A stretch of DNA of 47,192 bases, counting the filler, from Jimgerdemannia flammicorona (lineage: Eukaryota), in the NCBI GenBank assembly GCA_003990765.1. It is 2 parts of 2 records of this genome, joined end to end, with 100 filler letters (N's around TTAATTAATTAA, not from the genome) between each part and the next. Parts side by side here need not be neighbours in the genome. Positions count along the whole stretch, not along the records: positions 1 to 23,550 come from RBNJ01001094.1; 1 more part is not named here. The stretch is one strand, 5' to 3'. Made by a program: the position numbers and the translations under genes. Under the pieces are notes generated by a model. The model saw nothing but the letters and a program-made list of their open reading frames with translations. It did not search any database and was not told the DNA's origin. This document shows, piece by piece, positions 1 through 11,500 of this stretch (positions are counted from its first letter, which is position 1; the number at the start of each line of letters is the position of its first letter).

Positions 1-487
1 ACCCCCCACTCCTGCTCTCCGCACCCCGTCCTCCATCAGTTCTATCCAGTCGTACATCCCGAACCATATTGAAATCTCCTCCAAGCATATCCAACCCAGC
101 TTCAGCAAGTATCCCACTCTCCAGTAACCCTTTCACCCATTCCACACGCTCCCCCCGCACTGCAGGGCAGTAACAGGAGCCAACTGTGACCGGCTCCCAA
201 CCTGCTCGAAACCACTCATCCCAGACCAGTCTCTCCCCCCAGCTCCTCATATCCTTTATCTCCCCTCTGCCTTTCCGAACCAGAATCCCAACCTTGCTAT
301 TCCAAATCGCCATACCACCCCATTCCTTAGTCCATTTCATCCTATCAGCATCATCCTCGCACCTGATGCCCTGCAAGAGGAAGAGATCGGCCTCCAATCC
401 CTTCAACCAAAGAAAAATGTTCCTGCGTCTAGCTGCACCCCTAAGCCCATTCACGTTCAAAGAAAAAATGTTGGTTGTACTGTTCAT
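1..487 (-). CDS. LINE ORF2 N-terminus: APE-type endonuclease (partial, open to window edge)
   Basis: Manual translation MNSTTNIFSLNVNGLRG...DLFLLQGIR...GSCYCPA...LGGDFNMV shows the SLNVNG, YxP and GDFN motifs; no stop before base 1. Confidence 0.9.
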   Translation of the reverse strand, partial: MNSTTNIFSLNVNGLRGAARRRNIFLWLKGLEADLFLLQGIRCEDDADRMKWTKEWGGMAIWNSKVGILVRKGRGEIKDMRSWGERLVWDEWFRAGWEPVTVGSCYCPAVRGERVEWVKGLLESGILAEAGLDMLGGDFNMVRDVRLDRTDGGRGAESRSGG

Positions 488-517
488 AATGAAATACGGT
501 TTGTTCTCGATCAATCC

Positions 518-2548
518 CTACTGCTCCATGCCCCTCTCCTCCCGTGCCGTGTCCAGATTATGTTCAGCCATCACCTCCTCCTCTTTGGCCCTCTGAGCCT
601 CCAGTCCAGCCAACAGCTCATTCATCTCCTCATCAGCCTTCTCCTCAAACTCCTCATGGTACTCAATGCAAGCCTCCTGCCAAAGTTACAACCCATGACG
701 CCTGTTCCAACAGTATTCAGCCTTCTCCCCCACGACCACTGCCAACTCTGCCTCCCTCTCCTTATCCACCTCATACCCTTCCTACGCCAGGTACACCACG
801 AGAATTTCTGCCTTCAGCACCATCGCCACTCCTTCCCCCTGCAAAATTCTCGTCCAGTGCTCATTACCCATCCCCTGCAAGTCCACCTCCCCCAGCTCGT
901 CCGCCGCCAGGTTATTCATCATCCGGCACATCCAAAGTAGGTTCCCCACCTCCTTACCACCCGGGGTCGCCGGCCTCCCTCCATCCAGCATCGTGGTGTC
1001 CGCTCCCGCACTCGCGTCCTCATCCCACACCTCCGGGACATCTACCAGTTCCTCCTCCCCTGCTGCCCCCACTTGGTCCCCATCCAACACCTCCGGAATG
1101 CTGAATTTCACCTGCTGGGTTCCCAGCATCATCACATCCTCCCCAGGCTTGTTCCTGGAAGCCAGGCCACGCCTGATTAGAGGGGAAGGGGTGGGGGAGT
1201 TCTCCCAGCTAGCGTCCCAAATCTCCAAGGTGCCGTCAGCATATAGGTCTCTAATCTCCACCTCCTTAGCCTTTCTGGACCCTGCCCCATCGTTCCCACT
1301 CCTCTCACCAGCCCAGACACTCGCTCCGGCCCCTTCTGTACCCGGCTTCATGCTCGCAACCTTCTGATGACCACCCCCCAGCTTGGCCAGCAAATCCTTC
1401 TGCCTCTTCCGCCCTTGAGCCCTTTCCCACTGCACCTTGTCCACTCGAATCCTCTTTCCATCCACCACCTCCAGAAGCGTCGACTCCTCGAAAGTCTTCC
1501 AGACCTTAGCTCGCCATTCCACAGCCCCATCCAGCTCCTCCAGCGCTTCCAATAAATCTTCCTTCTCTTCTTCACTCCCTTTCACCCGCGTCACCTTGCA
1601 TAGAAAGGCCCCCCAGACCAACACCGAAGGCCAGTCCCTCGTCTTCCCAGTAGCCTCTTTCCCAGCTAGCCGAATCCTCACATCCACATCCCCAGTCCTG
1701 AGCGCGGTCCCTTCCCAGACCCTGAATCTGATATCCACTACCTCGCCATACTCCGCCATGACATCCTCCACTCTCTTCCTTGTCTCCATCACCGTCACCA
1801 TGGGTACTCCTTTCACCAGCAGCTGGACCACCCTCGGATCCCATTTCAAGCACCTTGCCATCAGAACATACACCTCCCCAACCACTAACCCAATCTTCAG
1901 CACCTCCTCCAGTGGTTCCACCTCCTCAAATTCCACCTCCACCCCCTCCAGTCCCTTCAGAAACTTCACTGAAGCTGCTCCTGCCACCTGCTTAGCGATA
2001 AGCCCCAACACCATTTTTGCCGTTACTGCTAAGCCCCTGAAGCACAGCGTGACTGCGAATGCCGAGATCGACTTCTTGAGTAACGGAGCCACCGCCAGTC
2101 CCATTACACCATCCGCCAGGTCCCCAGGCCTTGTGCCCTTCCCACTGCTCGGCTCACCATCAGCAGTCCCATCTAGATTTTTTTCCAGATCACCCGTCAC
2201 ACCCCCATCAGCAGTCCCCGCCCCAGCCGCTACTCCCCCAGCTCTACTCCTATGGCCCTCCAGAGAGGCACCTCTAAGCGGTTGCTGCCGGGAAGCCACC
2301 ACTGGTACCTTCCCCCCTCTCAGCCAGCTCTCCAGTCCAGCTCCCTGTCGACCCCCCTTCACCTTCTCCACAAAGCTCACCCTGCTGGACCCTTGACCTC
2401 CAGCTCTGCCCCCTCTTCCACCGCGGCCCCCCGCCAGCAGGCCCCTCATACTTCCCCCCAAGCCGGGGCCTCTCCCCACTTGCTGCCAGTCAAATGCTCC
2501 AGGGCCACCCTGCCCAGTACGCACCTCTGGATGCTCGTTGGTCGCCAT
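518..2548 (-). pseudogene. LINE ORF1 (~676 aa, RRM-like core) with two nonsense codons
   Basis: MATNEHPEV start matches the ATGs of copy 2 (8071) and copy 4 (8643). In-frame TAG 782-784 and TAA 686-688; homology continues to TAG 518-520. Core VQLLVKGVP...AEYGEVVDIRF. Confidence 0.8.
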
Positions 2549-2638
2549 GATACTAGTAGCTTTTCTCCAGAAACTGTGCGAAAGTATTGCCAAAGGGTTG
2601 TGTAACCTGAATGTTACTGGAGAAAGATGAAATAGATA

Positions 2639-5600
2639 TGAGTCATTCATTACCCACCCCTCCCACTAACCTAGTTCTCAAATCTTCCCAGTAACCTCTC
2701 TCTCCATCTGGATATCTCTTCACACTCAGCTGATCTCCTACCACTATCCAAAAGTCCCCCAGAACCTCACACTCTTCCAGCCAATGTTCTGATATCTGTA
2801 CAAATCTCTCAACTTATTCTACATTGTAGCACTCTTTACATTCTAGTAGGCCACCATCTACCAGATGCTTAGCATGGAAATTCAACATAACATTCCTCCT
2901 TAGCATCCTCTACTATACTACTCAGTACTTGGGAGGAAGCTACCTTCACACTTCAGTACTCTATACCCAGACTCCTTCTTAATCCCACTCCTCACTAATT
3001 CTCACTACTTGCCAATTGCTAGGCCAAAGATCTTGACTGAATCCCCACTAACACTCTAATCTATCACCAATATCAAACTCAATAAGTAGAGTGCCCCCCA
3101 AAAGCAGTCTGTCTTATCTCTATATAGCTGGTCTCTACAGCATCTTCCCTTTATTACTACACTAGTGCAAGTCTATGTAGTGAGCTCCATCTGCTACCCC
3201 CCACCAGAAGTCTTTATACTGTAGCCAACAGCTTCTACCCAGGCCCACCAGGGATAGCAAATCCCCCAAGGACCCTCTTGGGACAAATCTCATCTTCCAC
3301 ATCTTCTGTATCAGTGGCACCCATTTCCCTCCCCTCAGTTCCACAGCCTGCTTCAATCACCAAGCTCTCAGGCAGCACAGCCTCTTAGGAAAATCTACTA
3401 GTCCTAGCTCTCCTCAAACTACTGGTATTGAAAGGGTATTCCAACTGATCTGGGACTGCCTCTCAGTCCAAATCCAATCTCTAGTCAGCTTTATCAGTCT
3501 CTTCACCATCTAAGCTGGGAAGTCCAAGTGATAGGCAATATACTATAGCTTAGAGAATCAGTAGATATTCAGAATTAATACCCAGCCTACCAGAGAGATG
3601 TGATGACCTCTCCAACCTCTAAGTACCTCTCCCCAGATGGCCACCCTCCTCTCCCACCATGTCCATAGTAAGACAGACCCATATACTGAAAGAAAGATAT
3701 CCAGATACCTCACTGCCTCTCCTGTTAGGACAATTGTTCCAATGACATCCCCTCCCACTAGTCCATTTCCCAACACCATTGTCTCACACTTATGCTAGTT
3801 GAGTTTGGCTCCAGAGTGTACCTCATACCATTCTACTATCTCCTTAAGAGTCTCAATATCTGTCACTGATCAAAGTCCAACCACTATGTCATCTGCAAAG
3901 GCCCCCACCTTCCACATCATATTATAAATAGTGAGCTCTGCTACCTTTTGCTGAATCCTATCTATTAAAGATTCTAATGAAAGGGCATATAGAATAGAAG
4001 AGAGTGGATCCCACTGAGGAACTCCTCTCCCCAAGGAAAACACCATACTCTGGTAGTCATTATACATCAGTACCACCCTATTACCCTCCAACAGATTCAA
4101 CATAGAAGCTCAAAATAGCAGGGGAACTCCTATTCTGTCTAGTATCTTGCCCAGCCACACCTATCAAACACAGTCATTGGTCTTCTCCTGGTCCAAAAAG
4201 ATCAGTCTCCCATCTAATCCACTAGCCCATGCCCCTTCAATGATGCCATAGACCCAGGCTGTCCTATCTCAGATAAGTCTGCCTTCAACAAAGCCCTGCT
4301 GCTTCTCACCCAATACCTATTGGGCAACCTTCTGTAATATCACTACAATCACTTTAGTAACCATCTTTCTGTCCATATTCAGAAGTATGATCAGTCTCTA
4401 GTTCTTCCAATCCTTCCTCCTTCTCTTGTCCTTATACAACAGAGCCACCAGCCCTAGATCCTGCCCTCTCACCCACTGACCATTTAGAAGAACAAGGTCA
4501 CAGAGGGCTGCTATATCTCCTAACACTCCAGGGACCCTTGATATCTTCTTCCAAAAGTCCCAAGGTAGTCCATCCTCTCCTGGTGCTGTTCCAAGCTTAG
4601 TTGCTATAAGGACTCTCTGGATCTTCTCCTCTTAGACTAGTAGGATCAAATCTCCCAGGCCCTCTACTTGTGGTGACTCCCAATCCTCCAGAGTATCTCC
4701 AATTGCCTCTGCATTGACACCCCCTTCCTTCTCACTCTACAGACCCCTCCACTGCTCCTTCAGCAACTCCAAGATCTGTTGTATATCATGTACTATTTCC
4801 CCCTCTGCATCAAGGACTCCATCCTATCAATATCACACCCTTCTTGCCCAGAGGAGTCTTGACAAGTACTTAGTAGGCCTCTCTCTCTCCTCAAGCCCCT
4901 ACCACCTCAACCTAGCTGCTATTTCTTTCATACATATCTCCTCCTCCTCTCTTAAAATCTATTGCAACTCCACTACTTTGAGCTTAGCTCACACTAACCT
5001 CCAATCATCCACCTCTTCAGAATTTATCAAATCAGCCCATTCCATCTGCCCTCTAACCAACCTATTAGAAGCACACTTCACTCTTGCCCTTCTCTGCCTA
5101 CCAGCATCCCTACCAGCTCCTCCCCAGTAAATCCTCACAACCTCTTTCAACTTTATCTACTGGACATCCACTGGTAAGCCCTCATGTATCCAGCTAGTGA
5201 TCTTCACCTGAATATTCTCTGCCCAAGGTTCCCACAACACCTTCTCAGCCAGCAGAGAGGAGTTAAGGTACTAATGTCTGGGTCCATCTCCACTCTCTCC
5301 AAACTGCTCCTGCTCTAACAATCTCCAGTGATCTGACCATGGACACCACTCCACCTCCAGGATCCTCCAAACATCTATGCCCCAGCATTCAGCTGTCAGT
5401 ATCCAGTTGATCCTTGTATCTAGTCCATTCACTCAGTAAGTATAAACCATCTTTTCTCCCCACTGCATTCTGCCCATATCTCCCAAGGAGCTAAGGTTCT
5501 CCACCTCCTCCCATGCATCCAGGATACCACTCCTTCCACTAGTGCTCCTCTCTCCATCTATTCTATCCAACTGAAGATCCCATACCATATTGAAGTCACT

Positions 5601-8150
5601 CCCCAGAATATCTACCCCATCCTCCAAGAAAACACCCTCCTCTAAGAGACCCTTAATTCATACAATCCTCTCACCCCTAGCTACAGAGCAGTAGCAAGAG
5701 CTAACTCTCACTGGCTCCCACCCTGGTTGATGCCATTCCCCCCATACCAAATGGTCTCCCTAGCTCCTGATTCTACTCAACTCTCCTTTATCACTCTGTA
5801 CCAAAACCACCACTTTGCCCATCTAAGCTATAGCTCCTCCTCATTCTCTAGTCTACTTCACTTGATCTACATTATCCTCACAATGCATATCCTGCAACAG
5901 AAAGAGATCAGCCTCCAATCTCTTAAGCTAAGTAAAAATATTCTTATACTGCCCAGAGCCCCATAACTCATTCACATTTAGAGAAAAAATGTTAGTTGTA
6001 CTATTCATTGGGAATAATATTTAGAAGTACTTCACATCCTCTACAAATCTATATTCATCCCCTCTCTTGCCATGTCCAAGTTATGTTTGGCAGCTACTTC
6101 CTCCTCTACAGCCATCTTTGCCTCCAATCCAACCAGAAGTTCAGCTATCTCCCCATCCTTCTTCTCCTCAAACTCCTCCCAATACTCCAGAAATGCCTTC
6201 TACCAGAGCTGTAATCCATAATGCTCTACCCAACAGTATGCAGCCTGCTCACTAGCAATAATTGCCAGCTCTGCCTCTCTCTCCTTATTAACCTCATACT
6301 TCTCCTTTTCTAAGAAAATTACAAGTACCTCTATCTTCAGTGTCTCTACCACTCCATCACTATGTAGAATCTGTGCCCAATGCTCCTCACTCATCACTCT
6401 CAGGTCTACCTCTCCCAACTCTTTAGCTGCAAAGTTATTTATCATTCGGCTCATCCACAGTAAGTTGCCCACCTCCTTCCCTTCTGGAGAAACTGGTCTC
6501 TCTATACTTAGCATCATAGTATTTACTCCTACACTTGCAGTCTCATCCCACTCCTCCTCTGTCACATCCACTAGCTCATCCTCACCAACTGCCACCATCT
6601 GACTCACTTTTGTCATGTCTGAAACTCCAAAGTGTACTCACTGGGTGCCATGCATCAGCACATCCTCTGCTGCCCAGCTCCTCACAGCAGGACCTCACTT
6701 AATAAGAGAGAGAGTGTCATCTAAGTCCTGTTTCCAGACTTCAAACATACCATCCATATATGGGTACTTGTGCAGTGGCTTCCCAGCCTCATCCTGACCC
6801 TTCTTGACATCTCCTCCCCTCTTACTGACCCAGACACTCACTTTGGCACCCCCAGACTCCTCAATGCTACCCACATTCTTCTTCTCCCCTCCTTCCAGAC
6901 TTGCTAACAACTCTCTCTGCCTCTTGTATCCCTGAGCCCTCTCTCACTGCCTCTTGTCAGTGCAGAGAAATTTCCCATCCACAATCTCCAAGTGCATTGA
7001 CTCCTTATATATCTTCCAGGCCTTCACCCTCTGCTCGACTGCCCCACTTATCTCTTTCAGAGCCTCTAACAGATCCTCCTCCTCCTCCTCACTCCCCTTC
7101 ACCCTTGACACCTTACAGATGAAAGCCCTTCACATAAGTATCAGAGGCCAGTCACTTGCCTTCCCAGTGGCCTCTCTTTCAGCCAGTCTAATCCTGATAT
7201 GAATGTTCCCTATCCTAAAGGTAGTCCTCTCTCACATCTGGAATCTGATATCAACCATATTGCCATACTCTGCCATCACCTCCTCAACCCTCCTCCTAGT
7301 CTCAACCTTTGCCACAGTAGGTACTCCCTTCACTAGTAACTGAACCACTCTGGGGTCTCATCTCAGATAGTATACCATAGGAACCACCACTTCCCCTATA
7401 GCCACTCCTACCTTCAACACTTCTTCCAGTAGACCTGCCTTCTCAAAGCCCACCTCAACTCCCTCCAAACCCTTCTGGAACTTCACTGAGACAGCCCCAG
7501 CCACCTGCTTAGAGATAAGCCCCAGAACTACCCTTGCTATCACTGCCAAGCCCCAGAAATATAAGGTTATAGCAAACTCCAAGATTGACTTCTTGAGCAA
7601 TAGTGCCACAGTCTGCCCTGTCATACTATCAGCCAGGTCCCCCTTCCTCTTCAGTCCCAATAGCCTAGCCCTGCCATCAGCAGTCATATCTGGATTTTTT
7701 TCCAGATTCCCAGTTATGCCACCATCAGCAGTTTCCCCTCTACTCTCAGCAACTGCTTCACCAGCCCTTTCCCCCACTAGCTGAGAAGCTATACTGCCTA
7801 CTTCTTCTTCTCTCCGCTTTCTCTTTCCCTCTGCCTGCCTGCCACAAGCTCTAATAGGCCATCCTCTGACCTTTAGCATATCAGCAAAGCACCTCTCTCT
7901 CTGCCCTCCCACCTCTCCTCCAGTGTCACTACCACTGCCTGAACTGCCCTGCTCACTCAGACCACTGAAAGACTCCATCTCTAGACCATACTCACATATG
8001 ATATATTGCCAGTTGAAGGCTCCAGGTCTACCTGACCTAGTATACATATCAGCTTACTTATTAGTTGCCATGATCTTAGTATCTTTCTACAATAAATAGT
8101 TCAAAAGTATGTTTCAAAGTTTGTATTATATGAATGGTAGTAGAGAAAGA
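2639..8150 (-). mobile_element. LINE copy 2, 5'-intact, degenerate, 3' end cut by copy 1
   Basis: ORF1 ATG 8071, ORF2 ATG 6008; LGSDFN endonuclease motif (5433..5627), PQWDPLS and GAFADDIVV RT motifs (3870..4103); many nonsense codons. Confidence 0.9.
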
Positions 8151-8564
8151 TACCTATTATACTATCTACTAGATCTCTCATCTATCCAAGCCCCATCCTC
8201 TTAGTCCTGCCATCAGCAGTTATATCTGGATTTTTTCCAGATTGCCAGTTACCACCCTATTAGCAATCATACCCCCAGTTACTACTCCATCAGCCCTTCC
8301 ACCTGACACCTCCAAGAGAGCCCCTTCTGGCTCTCCAGTAGCAGCTGTCTCCTTCATCATCTCCTGGCCCTTTCTCAGCCAGCCCTCTAGTCCATTTGTC
8401 AGTCAACCCCCCTTCACTATATCAGTGAAGCTTGCTCTTCCTGTTCTCTGTCCTCTAACTCTGCTCTCTCCCCTTCTATATCCTCCCACCAGTAGACCCC
8501 TCATGCTTCCCCTCAAGCCAGGGTCCCTTTCTATATATTGCCAGTCAAATATGCTAAGGCCACC
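8151..8564 (-). mobile_element. LINE copy 3, ORF1 5' fragment between the 5' ends of copies 2 and 4
   Basis: Reverse complement aligns to the ORF1 N-terminus (FDWQ..GSMRGL..GNLEK..TADG); cut on both sides. Confidence 0.8.
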
Positions 8565-11500
8565 TTTCTCTGATAACATTCAGGTTATATAACCTTTTGG
8601 TAATACTTTCAATACAGTTTCTAGAGAAAAGCTATTAGTATTATGGCAACTGATGAGCATTCCAAGGTATGTACTAGGTAGGGTGGCCTAGATGCATTTG
8701 ACTGGTAGTATGTGGGAAGGGGCCCTGGCTTTGGGGGAAGCATGAGGGGCCTACTGGTGGGAGGATATAGTAGGAGAGGAGGTAGTGCTGGAGGTCAGGG
8801 GACAGAGAGGGTGAGCTTTACAGATAAGATGAAGGGAGGTCAGCAGAGAGCTGGGCTGGAGAGAGGAGTAAGGAGATAGTGAAGACAGCAGGACAGCAGC
8901 CTCAAGGAGGAGTCTCTCTGGGGGGCCAGAGTAGTGGGGCTAGTAGTGTAGGTGACTACTAATGAGAGCATGACAGGTGATCAGAAAAAAAATCTAGATG
9001 GGACTGCTGATGGTAGACTGAGTAGTGGGAAAGGTATAAGGCCTAGAAATCTGGTAGATGGTGTAATGGGCCTGGTGGTAGCACTGTTACTCAAGAAGTT
9101 GATTTCAGAGTTTGCAGTCACCTTGTGCTTCCAGGGCTTAGTGGTGATGGCAAAAATGATCCTGGGGCTGATTGCTAAGCAGTTGGCTGGAGTGGTGTCT
9201 ATGAGGTTCCTGAAGAGACTGGAAGGAGTGGAGGTTGGCTTTGAGGAGGCTAGATCATTGAAGGAGACTCTAAAGGTGGGGTTGACAGTTGGAGAGATGT
9301 GTGTTCCAATGACATGTTACTTGAGGTGAGACCCCAGAGTGGTGCAATTGCTGGTGAAGAGAGTGCCCATAGTGACTACTGAAGAGACAAGAGGAGAGTT
9401 GTAGAAGTTATGGCTGAGTATGGTGAGATGGTGGATGTTGGGTTCTGGGTCTGAGAGGGGACCTCTTTCAGAACTAGGGATGTTGATATTTGAATTCAGT
9501 TGGCAGAGAAGGAAGTTACTGGGAAGGCTAGGGACTGGCCTTTAGTGATAGTCTGGAGGGCTTTTTTGTACAAGATAATGAGGGTGAAGGGAAGTGAGGA
9601 GGAGGAAGAGAATCTACTAGAGGTACTGGAAGAGCTGAACAGTACTATAGAGTAGAGAGCTAAGGCTTGGAAGGTGTATATTGAGTCAATACATTTGGAA
9701 GTAGTAGATGGAAAGAGAGTTTGAGTAGATAAGGAGTGGTAGGAAAGATCTCAAGAATGTAAGAGATAGAGAGAGCTATCAGTGAAACTAAAAAGCAGGG
9801 AAAAGAAGGATACTGGTGGCATTGAAATCATAGGGGGAGCCAAGGAGAGTATCTGGGCCAGCAAGGATGGAGAGAATGCAAGGAAGGGGCCAGGAGGGGG
9901 AGAGAAGGTGAAGAGAAATGACTCTTATGCAGATGGTACCTTTGAGGTCTGGGAGCCATCCCTGACCTCTATGTCACTTATTAGATGAGGTCTAGCTTCA
10001 AGGGGTAGGGTGGTGGAGGATGTGCCCATGCAGGGAGCCCAGAGAGTATACTTTGGAGTTCTGGAGGTAGCAAAGGGGAGGCAGGTAGTAGCAGTGGGTG
10101 AGGATGAACTGGTGGATATTTAGAAGGAGGAGTCGGATGAAGCTGTGAGTACAGGAGCTAATAACTCAATACTGGATGGAGGGCAGCCAGTGACTCCCAG
10201 GGGGAAGAAGGTGGAAAATCTACTATAGATATACAAGATGATAAACAACTTTGCAGTAGAGGAATTGGGGGAGGTGGACCTGCGAGTGATGAGTGATGAG
10301 TATTGAGCATATATCCTATATAGTGAGAGAGTGGTAGAGGTACTGAAGGCAGAGATTCTTATAGTTTTCCTGGAGAAGGAAGGGTATGAGGTTGACAAGA
10401 AGAGGGAGGCTGGACTGGCAGTCACTGCTGATGAGAGGGCTGCTTTCTGTTGGGTGGAGTGGCATGGGTTATAGCTCTGGCAGAAGACCTGCCTAGAATA
10501 TCATGAGAAATTTGAGAAGAAGGAGGATGGAGAACTTACTGAACTTCTGGTTGGACTAGAGGCTAAGAGGACTAAAGAGAAGGTGAAAGCTGCAGAATAT
10601 GATCTGGACCTGGCTCAGGAGGAGATGAATATAGAGCAGTAGAGAATATGCTTACTATTATATATCATTCTATATGAACAATATAACTAACATTTTCTCT
10701 TTAAATGTGAATGAGCTCCAGGATTCATTTCATCAATAGAACATTTTTGCTTGGCTGAAAGGATTGGAGGCCAATCTCTTTCTTTTGCAGGATATCAGAT
10801 ATAAGGATGATTTGGATAAACTGAAATAGATAAAGAAATGGGGAGGGGAGGCAGTTTGGAAGGACAAGGTTGAGATTCTGGTTAGGAAGAGCAGAGAGGA
10901 GATATGGGATGTACAGAACTGGGGAGACAGACTGGTCTGGAGTAAGTAGATTTACACTGGTCAGGAACTAGTTATAATTGGATCCTGCTACTGTCTTGTA
11001 GTAAGAGATAAGCAGGTAGAGTGAGTGAAGAGTCTCCAGGAGGAAGGGACTCTAGCAGGGGCTGGAGTAAATATACTAGGCAGAGACTTTAATATAATCA
11101 GAGATGTACTGTTGGATAGAACTGATGGAGGGTGGGGGGTGGAGGGAAGGAGTGGAGGTTTGGAGGCATAGAAGGAGGTAGAGAGACTGAGTACCTTAGT
11201 GGATGCTGGCAGGGAGCTATGGGGTAATAGAAGGGTATATATATATTGGACAAGTGGCCTGAGGATGAGAATTGACTGGATTTTGACAGTGGACTGCTGG
11301 GGTCTGGATGTTTGGGGGTCTCTGGAGGCAGAATGGTGTCTGTGGTCTGATCATTAGGGACTGCTGAGATAGGGACATTTTGGAGGGAGTGGGGATGGAC
11401 CAGGACATTGGTGCCTCAACTTCTCCCTGGTGGACAACAAGGTACTATGGAATGAGTGGACTGAGGATATTCAGCAGAGAGTGGAGGGGTGGATAAGAGA

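Larger units (their letters stand above)
1..2638 (-). mobile_element. L1/Tx1-like LINE copy 1 (5' part, least decayed; runs off window start)
   Basis: Short 5' UTR starting near TCTTTCTC (~2628), ORF1 from ATG 2548, 30-nt spacer, ORF2 from ATG 487. Collinear with copies 2 and 4; retains many CpG. Confidence 0.9.

Noticed and set aside
186..2605. Long Pro/Ser-rich plus-strand ORFs
   Set aside because: Antisense shadows of the G-rich LINE ORF1/ORF2.
8151..8564. Twin-priming 5' inversion of LINE copy 4
   Set aside because: Copy 4 has its own intact 5' end and the fragment duplicates, with divergence, sequence already in copy 4; it is a separate copy.
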